From a virus (Duplodnaviria > Caudoviricetes), in IMG/VR virus record IMGVR_UViG_3300034171_000062, positions 1 through 64,000 of that record: a DNA stretch of 64,000 nt; one strand, 5' to 3'. The first letter of the stretch is position 1; each line of letters starts with the position of its first letter. Of the stretch, positions 29,094 to 39,743 are shown piece after piece. The notes under the pieces were generated by a model that was not told the DNA's origin, searched no databases, and saw nothing but the letters and a program-made list of their open reading frames with translations. The position numbers and the translations under genes are program-made.

Positions 29094-29924
29094 TCAATTG
29101 TACACCAAAACCAATCTCCCTGCAAAGGCCGTACAACGCTCTGACAGCTCCAACACGCACACGTACGCGTAGGTGTGATCACCGGTCGAGTAGACCCCGT
29201 CGTTAGCGCCATTGTAGATGACAACGGCTCCAGCTAGGTTGTGGTCCCCAGGTTGCTGCAAGTCCACGTACCAATACGGTCGTTTGTCGACTCCTGGCAT
29301 GAACTCCCCTTCTTCCCCGTTGGCGCCTAACACGTCTCCTACCTCTAACGCAGTTAGCCTCACTTGAACGTCGGTGGCGTGTATGGCCCCAAATCGAATT
29401 TCGGCGATGGCGCGAGTGGTGTCCAGACTGGCCGGATACACCAAATCAGTATACGTTCCTTGTATAATCACCGTGTCCAACTCTGACGGAGGGGGCATGA
29501 GGTCCACAGTGAACTGACCAATCCACATCAGAGACCCAGGACGGGTTCGAACAGTGATCGGACCTAAGTATCCCAACGAGAAGGATTCTTTGTGGATATC
29601 GTCTTCAGTTAACGCCAGTCGATACTTTGCGTTGATTACCGGCAAGATTTCGTACGTCGACGCTGTCATAGGTGCCGAGATACGAACATGGATACCAGCC
29701 AACAAAGCCCCGATGTCCTGACGTCTAACACGAATTTGAGTCGTGCCTCTGAACCGATCGGCGTCCCTTGCCTGCACGGTAACCAATACCTCCGTACTGC
29801 CAGCGATGGTGTCAACCGGACCGAACAATAAATCGTTCGGGGTAAACGCCAACCCCAGTTTTAAATTGAGTTGCCGCGTGAGGTAGGCCGGAGCCTTTTC
29901 TTGGTGTGGAAAACTGTTAGACAT
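29094..29924 (-). CDS. virion structural protein (phiKZ gp127-like)
   Basis: ILPVINAKYRLALTEDDI...GSLMWIGQ; synteny; likely start MSNSF. Confidence 0.7.
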   Translation of the reverse strand: MSNSFPHQEKAPAYLTRQLNLKLGLAFTPNDLLFGPVDTIAGSTEVLVTVQARDADRFRGTTQIRVRRQDIGALLAGIHVRISAPMTASTYEILPVINAKYRLALTEDDIHKESFSLGYLGPITVRTRPGSLMWIGQFTVDLMPPPSELDTVIIQGTYTDLVYPASLDTTRAIAEIRFGAIHATDVQVRLTALEVGDVLGANGEEGEFMPGVDKRPYWYVDLQQPGDHNLAGAVVIYNGANDGVYSTGDHTYAYVCVLELSERCTAFAGRLVLVYN

Positions 29925-32004
29925 CGTCAACGTCCTGTTTGATAACACTGACACCTTGAATCGACACATTAAAGTGAGCCACTACGTTCTGGGTCATCTC
30001 AATCTCTGTACCTAGACGTATGATCGCTTTGCCGTAGCCTTTAGAGGCGCTCAGTCGGATGGGTCGTACCCCGGGTCGACGCTTGAAGTTCTTCCGGTGG
30101 GTCTTCATGTGTCCAGTGAGAATTTCAACACGATGGATATCCACTGGCCTCCTGGTCCGAGACGTGGAGTCCACGTCTGACACTCTTGGCACAACGGTAT
30201 CCAAAATTCGATACGACGTACTGTTAATGCTTTGTAAGTAATGCACACTGTAACTAGACAGGCGACTCATAAGATCCAACATCGACTTCTGCAACTGTGC
30301 CAGCGCACTAGCACTGCCAATCTCCTCTCCTGTCACCGCCGTCAAGATGTTGTTCGCCAACAGGTCTAGATCCAAGTCCCCTAAGTTCGAGAAGTCGTAT
30401 CCGCGTTCGTTAAACCACCGTTCATACGCAATGCCCGCCCCCAAGTCGCAGGGAATGTCGTGGTAGCAGTAACTGGCGACCCCTTCGGCCATGCCTCGAG
30501 CGAGGTGGTCTTCTGGGATAGCGTACACGCCACGCTGGTAGTTCTGAGCGTATTGCAGTTGATTGCTGAATTCTCGAAACGCCTGGATCGATACATACAC
30601 ACCCATGGCCGGCTGATGTTCCAATAGAGACGCTAAGTAAACGTCGCTTAATCGCTTGGGGTCTATCAGCCGCCGCATCTCAGCGACCGTAGGTAACGTC
30701 GTTTTTCTCACCCGATTGGCCACCAACATAGGAACCTCGGGCAACGTCACTCCCCGCGCTTTATTGTACGCGTACAGGAAGACCACGAAGGCCTCTTTCG
30801 CCGTCAAGGGCATGGTCACCCCGGTGGTGGGGTCGGCAACGTTGATGACCGCCACAAAGCGCCCTGTGGCCGCCATATACAGCCAGTGGTTTAACAGGAT
30901 GTCTTCTTTGGCGTAGGGTACGCTGTCGGTGGTGTCCAACAACGCCGATTCAAACACCTTCGTCGGTAAGCGGTTGATTCGAGAATTCTGCATGTCTCGA
31001 ACGGTACCGGCCAGTGCCTCATAGTGACGGTCGCGGTTGGATCGAGCGGTTTCATACTGTTTGGACATCACCTCGTCCACGGTACGTCGATTGCTACTGC
31101 CATCCCCTGGGTGGTCGTTTAGAGCCGTCCGGCGCATTTCAATGGCTGGGTACAGAGACTCTAATTGATCGGTGTCGTCGTGCAGCATGTCGTAGCGAGC
31201 CAACGGCAGATTGCGCTCATTGATGATGCGCTCTAACAAGAGGTTGAACGTCGATTGCATCCCAGCGTTGCGTTGCAGGTAGTTGATGTTCCGATACAGA
31301 AACAGCGCCTGTTTCAACGTCAACTGAGGGAGGTGGACGTCCAAGCCCCCGTGACTGGCCAGGTATTCCCGAATGTGGAAACTGTGCGCCTCTTCGGTAC
31401 GACAGGCTTCCAGTCTTAAGTTTAAGATCTCCAGAGGAAGATTGGCAAACAAGATGCCCAACTGGGCCGCCGGATAGTACTCGTCGGTCACACCGTATCC
31501 GGGGACCGTCCAGCGAGAGGTGTACCCATGGACCCATTGTTGCAGGGTTGAGATGAGACTGGCTTCTTGCGATTCTACCAGCGTTCGGTCGTATTGCAAG
31601 ATAGTCCCATCGGCCGCTGCGATAGCCACATCCAACGACACGGGACTGAGTATCCCGAGAATTAAGGTTTCTTGTTCAGGATAGCGGGCAACCAAGTCGC
31701 GATAGTATCGAGAACCATATTTGTGGGCACTGGCGGTGGCACGATGAATTTGAAGGTTTTCTCGGGTAAATTCAATTTCCTCGAGGGTATCCATCGACGT
31801 CACCGACATCAAGGAATCTGTAGGATGATACAGCCCTGCCAGATTCCTATAGTACTTCCATGTACGCGGGTCGCTACTTAAAGCATTGCCGAACAATTCT
31901 AATTCGGAGTTGATGGTCTCGGCGGCGACCTTTGATTTAATCACCATCGTTTTTGCCAGGGTCATCACTTGACCTATAAAGATACGATAGTACGTGCTAG
32001 ACAT
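29917..32004 (-). CDS. virion structural protein (phiKZ gp128-like)
   Basis: WKYYRNLAGLYH, HSFHIREYLASH, LFLYRNINYL; divergent from the portal; start MSSTYY with GGAGAG RBS. Confidence 0.8.
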   Translation of the reverse strand: MSSTYYRIFIGQVMTLAKTMVIKSKVAAETINSELELFGNALSSDPRTWKYYRNLAGLYHPTDSLMSVTSMDTLEEIEFTRENLQIHRATASAHKYGSRYYRDLVARYPEQETLILGILSPVSLDVAIAAADGTILQYDRTLVESQEASLISTLQQWVHGYTSRWTVPGYGVTDEYYPAAQLGILFANLPLEILNLRLEACRTEEAHSFHIREYLASHGGLDVHLPQLTLKQALFLYRNINYLQRNAGMQSTFNLLLERIINERNLPLARYDMLHDDTDQLESLYPAIEMRRTALNDHPGDGSSNRRTVDEVMSKQYETARSNRDRHYEALAGTVRDMQNSRINRLPTKVFESALLDTTDSVPYAKEDILLNHWLYMAATGRFVAVINVADPTTGVTMPLTAKEAFVVFLYAYNKARGVTLPEVPMLVANRVRKTTLPTVAEMRRLIDPKRLSDVYLASLLEHQPAMGVYVSIQAFREFSNQLQYAQNYQRGVYAIPEDHLARGMAEGVASYCYHDIPCDLGAGIAYERWFNERGYDFSNLGDLDLDLLANNILTAVTGEEIGSASALAQLQKSMLDLMSRLSSYSVHYLQSINSTSYRILDTVVPRVSDVDSTSRTRRPVDIHRVEILTGHMKTHRKNFKRRPGVRPIRLSASKGYGKAIIRLGTEIEMTQNVVAHFNVSIQGVSVIKQDVDDV

Positions 32005-32029
32005 GACAACTCTCCGGAGGAAGGGGTTT

Positions 32030-34714
32030 ATGGAGACAAATAAGACACAGCGCCGGGTCGACTTCGATTCGCGGGCTAAGCGCCAACACGCAGTGGTTAG
32101 TAAGATCGTAACGGATAAAACACGCGCGCAAGGATACGACGAGGACGGCAATCGAAAACCGTTATCGCCCCCGCGCTCAATTCTAAACGCAGTGTCCGAC
32201 CGCACCGCCAGTGTGACGCGCGACATCGAATCGATGGAGCAATTGCTTCCGGACATCGAGTTAGCCGCTCAGATTCTGGTCAGCAGCATTCTTTCACCCA
32301 AAGACATGGGCGCGCCGAACCTCAATTTTACCTTTGCATCCTCATTTGAGAACGATGAATTGGGCGGTAAGTTGTTGAAGGTGATCAGTGAGTACTTCAC
32401 AGACGACTATAGGATTAACGAGCAGCTGTCTGAAATCTTACACGACATTTTGTTTCGTAAAGGCTCTTATCCTCGGATGATTGTCCCCGAATCCAGTCTC
32501 GATCAGATCATCAACGATCGCGGCCGGGTGTCGATGGAGTCATTAAGAGACCACGTCAACGCCGATGACATGTCCGTGTCCAATCTGGGTCTGCTGGGAG
32601 ACATTGCCAAAGGGACTAAGAGTAACTCGGTCCCTGACAGCAAGTTGAGCATGGAGTCTTTGTTTGGTACGGTTCACGGTTCTGGTAGAACGGTGCCTAA
32701 ATACACCAACATTCACAGCTACATTTCAGTCATCGATAACCCAGACGCCATCAAGATGCCTGGGGTCTATAAGAAGATCAGTCACGACAAAACCCAGTCC
32801 ACGCTGGCCAGTCGCTTCATGACCCTGGAGGCTCGACGTAAAGACGAGAAGCAAAAGAACCAAAAGAAGCGCAATGCAGAAGCCAAAGAAAAGAACGTCG
32901 ACTACGGGAAAACGGATCGCGACATAGAACGGAACATGGACAAAGGGCGGCAGCACAACCTGGAACCTGTGGTCGAGTTGCGAACCAAGTACAACACTGA
33001 CCGAGAGATGATTGGTCACCCGATGGTAGTACATCTGTCTACCGAAGCGGTCATTCCGGCCCACATTCCATCAAACCCGAAAGAGCACATCGGCTACTTT
33101 GTGTTGTTGGATCAGTTCGGCAATCCCATCAGCACTGCCACCGCGACGGATCATTACCGCGACCTGCAAGCCTCGTTCCAAAGCACTGGCTCTGAGAATC
33201 AGGTGTCTGCAGTACTGAAGGAACTGCGCGGTAACGCCGACATGGGTGACAACGGCGGGTCTACCGTTCAGTCCATACACGAAGCCACCACGGCGTTTGC
33301 TGACGTTATTGAGCGCAACCTGTTGGAGCGCATGCGCAAAGGCATGGGTCACGACTCTATTGAGCTGGCTCGGCCAAACGACGTCTATCAAATCATGCTC
33401 TGGCGCACCATGCAACGTAAGCACACACAGATGATGTATGTGCCCGCCGAATTGATGTCGTACATGGCGTTTTACTACAACAACCAAGGGGTGGGCAAGT
33501 CCCTACTTGAAGAGTCTCGGATCTTGGGTAGCATTCGAGTGATGTTGATGTTCGCCAACACCATGGCGTCTATTCGCAACTCCACGTCTCGCACGGAACT
33601 GGGCATTGAGTTGGACCCGAACGACACCGACCCCATGAGCACCATCGACATGGTTCGCGATGCGTTCATGCGGTCTCGGTCCGAGCTGTACCCCTTAGGG
33701 GAAGGCGACCCAGCTGCGGTGGTGAAGTATCTGCAGCAGTCGGGTGTCGACGTGGTGTACTCGGGGCACCCGGGACTACCCGAGATGAAAGTGGAAACCA
33801 ACGAACGGTCCCCTAGCAAGGTACTGATGGATCGGGATCTGGAAGAGTCCCTGCGTCATCAACACATCATGTCCTTGGGTCTCTCGCCTGAGACGGTAGA
33901 TGCCAGCACTGGGGTTGAGTTTGCCACCACGTTGGTGAACTCCAGTCTCTTGTTGTCCAAACGGGTGGCGTTGTATCAGCGCGGGTTCGAAGACATGCAA
34001 AACGACTTTATCCGCAAATACACCGAGAACTCGGAGACGCTGATCACCAAGTTGATCGAGGTGATCGAAGAGCACGGCGAGTCGCCAGAGAAAGCCGAAC
34101 CCATGGTCGTGGTGGATGCATTCATCGCCTCGATGGAAGTGGAGTTGCCCAAACCCGATTCGGCGACTTTGGAGTCTCAGATGGACTCGTTCCGGTCTTA
34201 CAGCGATTCGTTGGATTTGGCGATGGACGCGTGGATCTCTGACGAGTTTGCTATCCTGGACGCGGAAGGCGACGTGGCACAGTACTTACGTGAGATGCGT
34301 TCCGCCGTAAAAGCTCACTACCTGCGGCGCTGGTTGCGTGAGAACAACGTCTTCCCAGAATTGGAGGAGATCACGGAACTGACGGAAGACGGAAGTCCGG
34401 TTTACGATTTCGCTGAGTCTCAGGGCAAACACATGGACGCCGTATTGAAGTCCATGCACACTTACCTCGAGAAGGCGAAAAAGGCGGCCACCACACGTAA
34501 TGAGAAGTTGGACAAGCAACAAGATGCGCTGGGCGAACACGCACCAGGTGCAGACGACAGCGGGTACGATGCCGATTCCGGCGATGATCTCGGAGCCGAT
34601 TCCGGCGGAGACGGGTTTGGCGACACGGGCAGCGACGCGGACGTGACCGACGACGCCTCTGGCGCGGATGGGGAGAGTGACGACGGGCTTGGTGACCTCC
34701 CCGAATTTACATAA
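32030..34714 (+). CDS. portal protein (phiKZ gp129-like)
   Basis: About 895 aa; LPDIELAAQILVSSILSPKDM, HIGYFVLLDQFGNP; SMES sites; acidic tail; synteny. Confidence 0.8.
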   Translation: METNKTQRRVDFDSRAKRQHAVVSKIVTDKTRAQGYDEDGNRKPLSPPRSILNAVSDRTASVTRDIESMEQLLPDIELAAQILVSSILSPKDMGAPNLNFTFASSFENDELGGKLLKVISEYFTDDYRINEQLSEILHDILFRKGSYPRMIVPESSLDQIINDRGRVSMESLRDHVNADDMSVSNLGLLGDIAKGTKSNSVPDSKLSMESLFGTVHGSGRTVPKYTNIHSYISVIDNPDAIKMPGVYKKISHDKTQSTLASRFMTLEARRKDEKQKNQKKRNAEAKEKNVDYGKTDRDIERNMDKGRQHNLEPVVELRTKYNTDREMIGHPMVVHLSTEAVIPAHIPSNPKEHIGYFVLLDQFGNPISTATATDHYRDLQASFQSTGSENQVSAVLKELRGNADMGDNGGSTVQSIHEATTAFADVIERNLLERMRKGMGHDSIELARPNDVYQIMLWRTMQRKHTQMMYVPAELMSYMAFYYNNQGVGKSLLEESRILGSIRVMLMFANTMASIRNSTSRTELGIELDPNDTDPMSTIDMVRDAFMRSRSELYPLGEGDPAAVVKYLQQSGVDVVYSGHPGLPEMKVETNERSPSKVLMDRDLEESLRHQHIMSLGLSPETVDASTGVEFATTLVNSSLLLSKRVALYQRGFEDMQNDFIRKYTENSETLITKLIEVIEEHGESPEKAEPMVVVDAFIASMEVELPKPDSATLESQMDSFRSYSDSLDLAMDAWISDEFAILDAEGDVAQYLREMRSAVKAHYLRRWLRENNVFPELEEITELTEDGSPVYDFAESQGKHMDAVLKSMHTYLEKAKKAATTRNEKLDKQQDALGEHAPGADDSGYDADSGDDLGADSGGDGFGDTGSDADVTDDASGADGESDDGLGDLPEFT

Positions 34715-34791
34715 CGCGTTAACATGAAAGGCACGGTCGAATGTTATGATCCTGCCTTTCTTTTCTCTTTTTCAGTAAGGAACACTCACCT

Positions 34792-35643
34792 ATGCGTAAT
34801 GTGACACGTACCGTGTACGGCGCGGCCATGCAAACCGCAATGTACATCGGCAAATCGTATCAAGTTCAGGAAAGCAGCACCCTGAATGAGAAGTTTGGCA
34901 TTGAAGTTAATGCTTTACCCAGTACCGAGGAACGACACGCCGTTCGGTACTTCTGTATTGGCAATGGCGGGCACCGAGCGATTGTAGGGGCAGAAGGTCT
35001 GTCTTATACAACCCCGAACCACCACGAAGCCACAGACGCCGCTTGTTTCAATCACCTGCCATTTGTGCTTCGGGAAGTCACCGACGACCTCAGTGGTGAG
35101 GTTCGATCTAAGTACGCTCTGCGTCGAGAAGAGAACCACAATGGTCGACAGTACTTTGCTTACTACGGCAAACGTCTGGAACTGGACTCGGTCGAAGTCA
35201 ACATGCAAAAGACCTCAGTCGATGGCAACAACCAATCGTCCGAGCCGTTTGTGCCAACGTCGGCCAACTTGAACCCAGAACCCATGGCAGGAACCGATGA
35301 AGAAAGCAACGTCATCGAAGCCTCTGGCGAATACGTGTCTGGCAGCGCGGTGGTCACCATTGACTTCACGGCGCTGGACGCCGAAGAACTGCGCAGCGTG
35401 GCGTTGATTCTGTACGGCGATGAGAAGTACGCGGTGATCTCTGAGATCGCTTTAGTTGGCGGTGTAGACAGAGTGGCCACAGGTCCAGGTCCGGGCAACA
35501 ACACCATCAACTATAATGAAGTCATTGCGGCTCAGGTCACAACCTTCATTGCGTCCTACTATCAATTGGACATGCAGAACAACGGCTTCACCTTCACCGC
35601 AGACGTGGGTGTCACCGAACCTCTGTACGCCATCAGCGAGTAA
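34792..35643 (+). CDS. virion structural protein (phiKZ gp139-like)
   Basis: RTVYG, STLNEKFG, YFCIGNGGH, LPFVLR, YAVISEIALVGGVD. Confidence 0.75.
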   Translation: MRNVTRTVYGAAMQTAMYIGKSYQVQESSTLNEKFGIEVNALPSTEERHAVRYFCIGNGGHRAIVGAEGLSYTTPNHHEATDAACFNHLPFVLREVTDDLSGEVRSKYALRREENHNGRQYFAYYGKRLELDSVEVNMQKTSVDGNNQSSEPFVPTSANLNPEPMAGTDEESNVIEASGEYVSGSAVVTIDFTALDAEELRSVALILYGDEKYAVISEIALVGGVDRVATGPGPGNNTINYNEVIAAQVTTFIASYYQLDMQNNGFTFTADVGVTEPLYAISE

Positions 35644-35648
35644 TTACT

Positions 35649-36254
35649 ATGTTGATCGTACCTACTGGGGATGATCGGCTGCGCATCGTAAGTTTCGACC
35701 CGGGTACCGACACCTTAGGCAGCAGTGTTTTGGAGATCAATGTCCGAACACTTCAGTTGACGGTGTTGGATGCTCAAACGTTTGTCTCTCGCCGCCCTAT
35801 TCGTTACCGCCCAGAATACCAACGGGTGGAAGAAGTCTACGGAGATCGGTTGGCCCGACTGTCAAGTCATCGACACGCAGTCATTGGACATCTTGTACGC
35901 TGGCAACCACACACCGTGGCATGTGAGTCTCCGTTCATGGGGATGAGAGCACAAGCGTTTGAGGCCTTGATCGAATGTGTAAACGTAATACGATGGGCCG
36001 TGCACGATCACGACCCTACGGTACCCGTTGAAATGATCTCCCCACCACAAGCAAAGAAGACGGTGGGGGCGTCGTTTCGAGGTTCGGATAAGAACGACGT
36101 CCGACAGGGGGTGGAGAAACTGATCGACCAGTCGCAAGGGCAGATGACCTATCAAGCGTATCAACCCTTTCATACCCTGGACGAACACAGCATCGACGCC
36201 ATTGCCGTAGGGATTTGTCATTATCAGCAGTGGGTAGACATTCTCACCCACTGA
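35649..36254 (+). CDS. ruvC: RuvC-like Holliday junction resolvase
   Basis: IVSFDPGT, VACESPF, PPQAKKTVG, DKNDV, EHSIDAIAVG. Confidence 0.9.
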   Translation: MLIVPTGDDRLRIVSFDPGTDTLGSSVLEINVRTLQLTVLDAQTFVSRRPIRYRPEYQRVEEVYGDRLARLSSHRHAVIGHLVRWQPHTVACESPFMGMRAQAFEALIECVNVIRWAVHDHDPTVPVEMISPPQAKKTVGASFRGSDKNDVRQGVEKLIDQSQGQMTYQAYQPFHTLDEHSIDAIAVGICHYQQWVDILTH

Positions 36255-36276
36255 TTTATTAGACGGGGAAGAAGTC

Positions 36277-36912
36277 ATGTCCATCGGCAGTCTATTGGGT
36301 AAATTAAACCCCACCACAATTAAGAGTAAAATGTTGTTGGCGGCTGGGGTGGCTCTTCTCGTCTTCATTGTTTGGTTTGGCAGTAAGTGGGATTCGTGGA
36401 AGATCGAACGTCTTGAAAAAGAAAACATGAAGCTGGACGTTGAAAACCAATCGTCCAAACAAGCGGCCGAGGACGCCAAGTCCGTTCGGGTCATTGATGA
36501 AACCGCCGTTACTGGCACCTTAGACCGTCAGAAAGCGGCCGAGGCTAACAGCAACGTGATTCAGGAACAGGTGAGAAATGATGTACGCCGATTACAACAG
36601 AAACTGGTCGTTGAACAACGGGCCTTGGACCAGGCCCGGACGGACTTGGCGCTTTTGGAGCTCCGCCGATCTGACCTTGGACGACCCCAACAAATCCCGC
36701 CCGCGCCGGTGGCCATCGAAGGGATTGAGGCACCGTCTACCCGGGTGGTCGTCAAAACCATCGAGGTCTCCGTGGCAGCCGTTAACACTCGTGTTGCTCA
36801 GCGGGTTGTTGATGGCATGTGGGTCAACTACTGTGGTCAAGTACCGAACGATCGCGGTTGTCCCACCCTCAGCGTTGATCCGGGAAGTAACGCCGAGTCC
36901 CCCGCCAAATAA
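36277..36912 (+). CDS. i-spanin (Rz-like)
   Basis: Single N-terminal TM, long coiled coil, C-terminal Cys pair; overlapped by a lipoprotein ORF. Confidence 0.7.
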   Translation: MSIGSLLGKLNPTTIKSKMLLAAGVALLVFIVWFGSKWDSWKIERLEKENMKLDVENQSSKQAAEDAKSVRVIDETAVTGTLDRQKAAEANSNVIQEQVRNDVRRLQQKLVVEQRALDQARTDLALLELRRSDLGRPQQIPPAPVAIEGIEAPSTRVVVKTIEVSVAAVNTRVAQRVVDGMWVNYCGQVPNDRGCPTLSVDPGSNAESPAK

Positions 36913-37105
36913 AGAAGCGTTTGTGGCCGCCGATGATGCGGAACGGCTTATCTTGATATCTGAGGCCTGGCACAAACAAACGGACAAAGTCCTGGTTGGT
37001 AACGAACAGACTCGTGGGTTGGCGGACTGGCGTGAGTCTATCTTGGACTATTACAAAGAAGACCCGGACGTTGAGGTGGTGAGTGGGGATGAGTTTAAGC
37101 GATGA
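36578..37105 (+). CDS. o-spanin (Rz1-like lipoprotein); true start probably internal, e.g. TTG 36725
   Basis: Lipobox LLSGLLMA-C followed by a Pro-rich segment, in the +1 frame overlapping the i-spanin. Confidence 0.7.
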   Translation: MMYADYNRNWSLNNGPWTRPGRTWRFWSSADLTLDDPNKSRPRRWPSKGLRHRLPGWSSKPSRSPWQPLTLVLLSGLLMACGSTTVVKYRTIAVVPPSALIREVTPSPPPNKEAFVAADDAERLILISEAWHKQTDKVLVGNEQTRGLADWRESILDYYKEDPDVEVVSGDEFKR

Positions 37106-37109
37106 AACT

Positions 37110-37140
37110 GGGGGAGGGCTGACGTCCTCCCCTTATGCCG
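37110..37140 (+). terminator. hairpin terminator with TATGCCG tail
   Basis: ggggaggg-ctgacg-tcctcccc-tTATGCCG. Confidence 0.65.
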
Positions 37141-37154
37141 TTGGTTGAATGAGA

Positions 37155-37180
37155 TTTCAAGAATATATCATCCACATGGA
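37155..37180 (+). promoter_or_regulatory. putative early promoter (TATATCA)
   Basis: tttcaagaaTATATCAtccacatgg. Confidence 0.6.
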
Positions 37181-37268
37181 CCCTTGCGTTCAACGGTCAA
37201 GCTATTATCTAGAACGGCATCTTTGGATGTTATGGATGGCACCTCACAAAATTCACAGGAGAAGAACC

Positions 37269-37613
37269 GTGAAGGTCGAGAAAACAATTAAGAAGATTCG
37301 CAAAGCCATTGACAAGATACCCGATGTCTCCCGCTGTGTGATAACCCTCATGCCAGAGACAGGTCACTTTAAAGTCGGCGCAAAAAATAAAGTGGCGTTT
37401 CGGTTCTTCCGCGATCAATTGGAAGGCGACGACGCCAAGGCCGTCAATCTGTGTTACGGCACTGGCGGTCGATTAGAGGTGGTCTTCTCAACCCATCGCA
37501 TTCAGTACATCCCGTACAGTGAAACCGGCAAACGCCTCCCCACCATTGTGCTGGAAGGTCCGGTCACGGAAATCGAAGACGCCCAAGACGAAAACTACGC
37601 ACTGCCCGCTTGA
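37269..37613 (+). CDS. hypothetical early protein
   Basis: AGGAG RBS before GTG 37269. Confidence 0.6.
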   Translation: MKVEKTIKKIRKAIDKIPDVSRCVITLMPETGHFKVGAKNKVAFRFFRDQLEGDDAKAVNLCYGTGGRLEVVFSTHRIQYIPYSETGKRLPTIVLEGPVTEIEDAQDENYALPA

Positions 37614-37694
37614 GGTGGAGATTAACATCTAGCGTAGAGATTGCTCTACGTTAGTCCCTGCCTTACTTATCTTAATGATTGGAGATTGTAGTCA

Positions 37695-38396
37695 ATGTGT
37701 CCTCAGTACGTTGAAGAATTCAAACCTACCCAAACATACCGACCCGTAACGCGTGAGGCCCGTTACATCAATCGGATCGTGTCTGGACAACACCTTTCCT
37801 TGGACCACGCCTTGTTCCTACCCTCATCCCTTGAGGCAATCCGGAGCATAGTCCACAACGAATCACACCGAGTGTATCTAGAAGCGGATCTTCGATTACT
37901 GACGGGAGAGTTACCCGCTAAGATTCCAGCTAACGTAGATCGACTGCTCCAGTTGTATCGCCGGATGCCCTTCTCGATGCTCGATCAGATCAGTGAGGGT
38001 GAACTGCATCGTCTGATCTTGGAGATGGACTCCGGGTTCTCTCCGAAGAAAGCCTCCGAAGCTCTGTGGGGTATGGAGATCATTGTAAGCGATCACGATC
38101 TACCTTTTGATCGATTGACCTGGGGATTGGATTGGTTACAGAAACACCACTATCTCCCTGAACGAGACCCCGACGAACTTTTGATTGAGGAAACCGGCAG
38201 CAACTGCGTCTTAATCCGCGGCATTGAAATTTTAGCAGAACGCATTTTGGTCAATCAAAACGGCAGTCATCACACCGGCCGCATTCAACAATTATCCCGG
38301 TGGCCCGGGGTGGAACACACAGTACTCGAATCCGACAGCTTCGGACCCCTTCGATGCGGGTTACTCACCAACAAAGGAACCATCTGTTATGGGTAA
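37695..38396 (+). CDS. hypothetical protein
   Basis: GGAG RBS, 233 aa. Confidence 0.7.
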   Translation: MCPQYVEEFKPTQTYRPVTREARYINRIVSGQHLSLDHALFLPSSLEAIRSIVHNESHRVYLEADLRLLTGELPAKIPANVDRLLQLYRRMPFSMLDQISEGELHRLILEMDSGFSPKKASEALWGMEIIVSDHDLPFDRLTWGLDWLQKHHYLPERDPDELLIEETGSNCVLIRGIEILAERILVNQNGSHHTGRIQQLSRWPGVEHTVLESDSFGPLRCGLLTNKGTICYG

Positions 38397-38754
38397 GGAA
38401 ACAAGTATAGGCGTTGGGTGGACCCTACATGGCGATGGAACGACGCATCTGATTTCTCAACCGTCAGCCGCCGATATCGCTACGTTGAAAGAGATCGAGC
38501 CTTCGGAGGCTCGCATATACCTGATCGACGCAGTCGTCGACGGGAAACATTACTCCGACGTCATTGCAGTGGGTACCATGATCGTCCCTCACATCACTTC
38601 GATCGACAGTGACGGACTACTTCACCCAATCCTGCGATTGACTCTCAGTCCGTTCTATCCCACGGTCATTAGTTACATTACAGACTACTACGTCAGAACC
38701 TATAAGGTCAAAGCGTATCTGGTCAACCTGCACCGAATATATAACCTGAATTAA
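38389..38754 (+). CDS. hypothetical protein
   Basis: AAGGA RBS; overlap coupling. Confidence 0.65.
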   Translation: MGKETSIGVGWTLHGDGTTHLISQPSAADIATLKEIEPSEARIYLIDAVVDGKHYSDVIAVGTMIVPHITSIDSDGLLHPILRLTLSPFYPTVISYITDYYVRTYKVKAYLVNLHRIYNLN

Positions 38755-38901
38755 CCCTAAAGGGAAGGCTTCGGTCTTCCCTTTATGCCGAATACGCTCT
38801 GTGTATTATGTTATTTTGAATCCACTTGACCGATGTAATGATAGGGACGTGCGTCCCCCTGAATGCATCGCCCCTATCGCGCAACACCCAGGAGAGTAGT
38901 A

Positions 38902-39234
38902 ATGTCTGTGTCCACATTCATGCAGTTTGGTCTCGAGTCTGACATCGATGCCAAGGATGTAGGTCAACCTAAGTTTCGATTGGTTGAAAGGTTCCCGCAT
39001 GGAGAGACCCTTTGCGTGCTATTGGGGTCTTTGCATATGCCGCTTGAAGATGAGGCTACCGTTGAAGCCGTTGAGGCGTACGTTAACACCCAAACCTTAC
39101 GGGACACGTTGATCCTAGCGCTCAGCCGTCACTTTAACCGCCCTATCGCGACAGGGTCGATCTTTGAATACGTCCCCAGCGAAGCGGCGGCGTACCTCTT
39201 ACCCCCCGGTATTGAAAGGACCGCGAGAAGATGA
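38902..39234 (+). CDS. hypothetical, possibly virion protein
   Basis: AGGAG RBS; GLES protease-type site near the N-terminus. Confidence 0.55.
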   Translation: MSVSTFMQFGLESDIDAKDVGQPKFRLVERFPHGETLCVLLGSLHMPLEDEATVEAVEAYVNTQTLRDTLILALSRHFNRPIATGSIFEYVPSEAAAYLLPPGIERTARR

Positions 39235-39635
39235 TCCATGAAACCCTGATTCACCAACTCACTGTAAAAGCGCTGTGTAAGCGTATGGACTTGGGATCTA
39301 GAGAAGTCGATGTTCTGCTGCTGTTATACACCAGTAAAAGCCTCAGTACCCCCAGCATTCATCAGTTACTGGGTATCCGTAAGAGCGAGATCAACCGCCG
39401 TCTGGGTCCGAGACTAATAACGTTGGGTTGGCTGGCGTCCGAACAAGTCACCCACTCCAATAAACCCGGTTTGCCAACGAACCGTTGGTGGATACCAAAA
39501 GACAAACACGCAGATCTTGACGAGACGTTTCGTGAGATTCGTCGAGAGGTGATTTCGACCTTGGGTCTTACGTACAGCGAAGACCTACAATGGACCGCCC
39601 TATCGCCCGATGGCGGCGACAGCGGCTCCCCGTAA
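39231..39635 (+). CDS. winged-HTH DNA-binding protein (TrmB/MarR-like)
   Basis: REVDVLLLL...STPSIHQLLGIRKSEINRRLGPRLITLGWL. Confidence 0.6.
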   Translation: MIHETLIHQLTVKALCKRMDLGSREVDVLLLLYTSKSLSTPSIHQLLGIRKSEINRRLGPRLITLGWLASEQVTHSNKPGLPTNRWWIPKDKHADLDETFREIRREVISTLGLTYSEDLQWTALSPDGGDSGSP

Positions 39636-39743
39636 AACAAAAGGATACATAGATGACTACTCCACTAACCAAAGTTACCCGCCACAGCGAGCGACTGAGT
39701 AAAGAGTTGCAGATTACCGCCCCCAGACAGAGACGTTTATTGC

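Noticed and set aside
32005-32256. Long head-to-head overlap of portal and gp128-like ORFs
   Set aside because: RBS-supported starts at 32004 (-) and 32030 (+) remove the overlap
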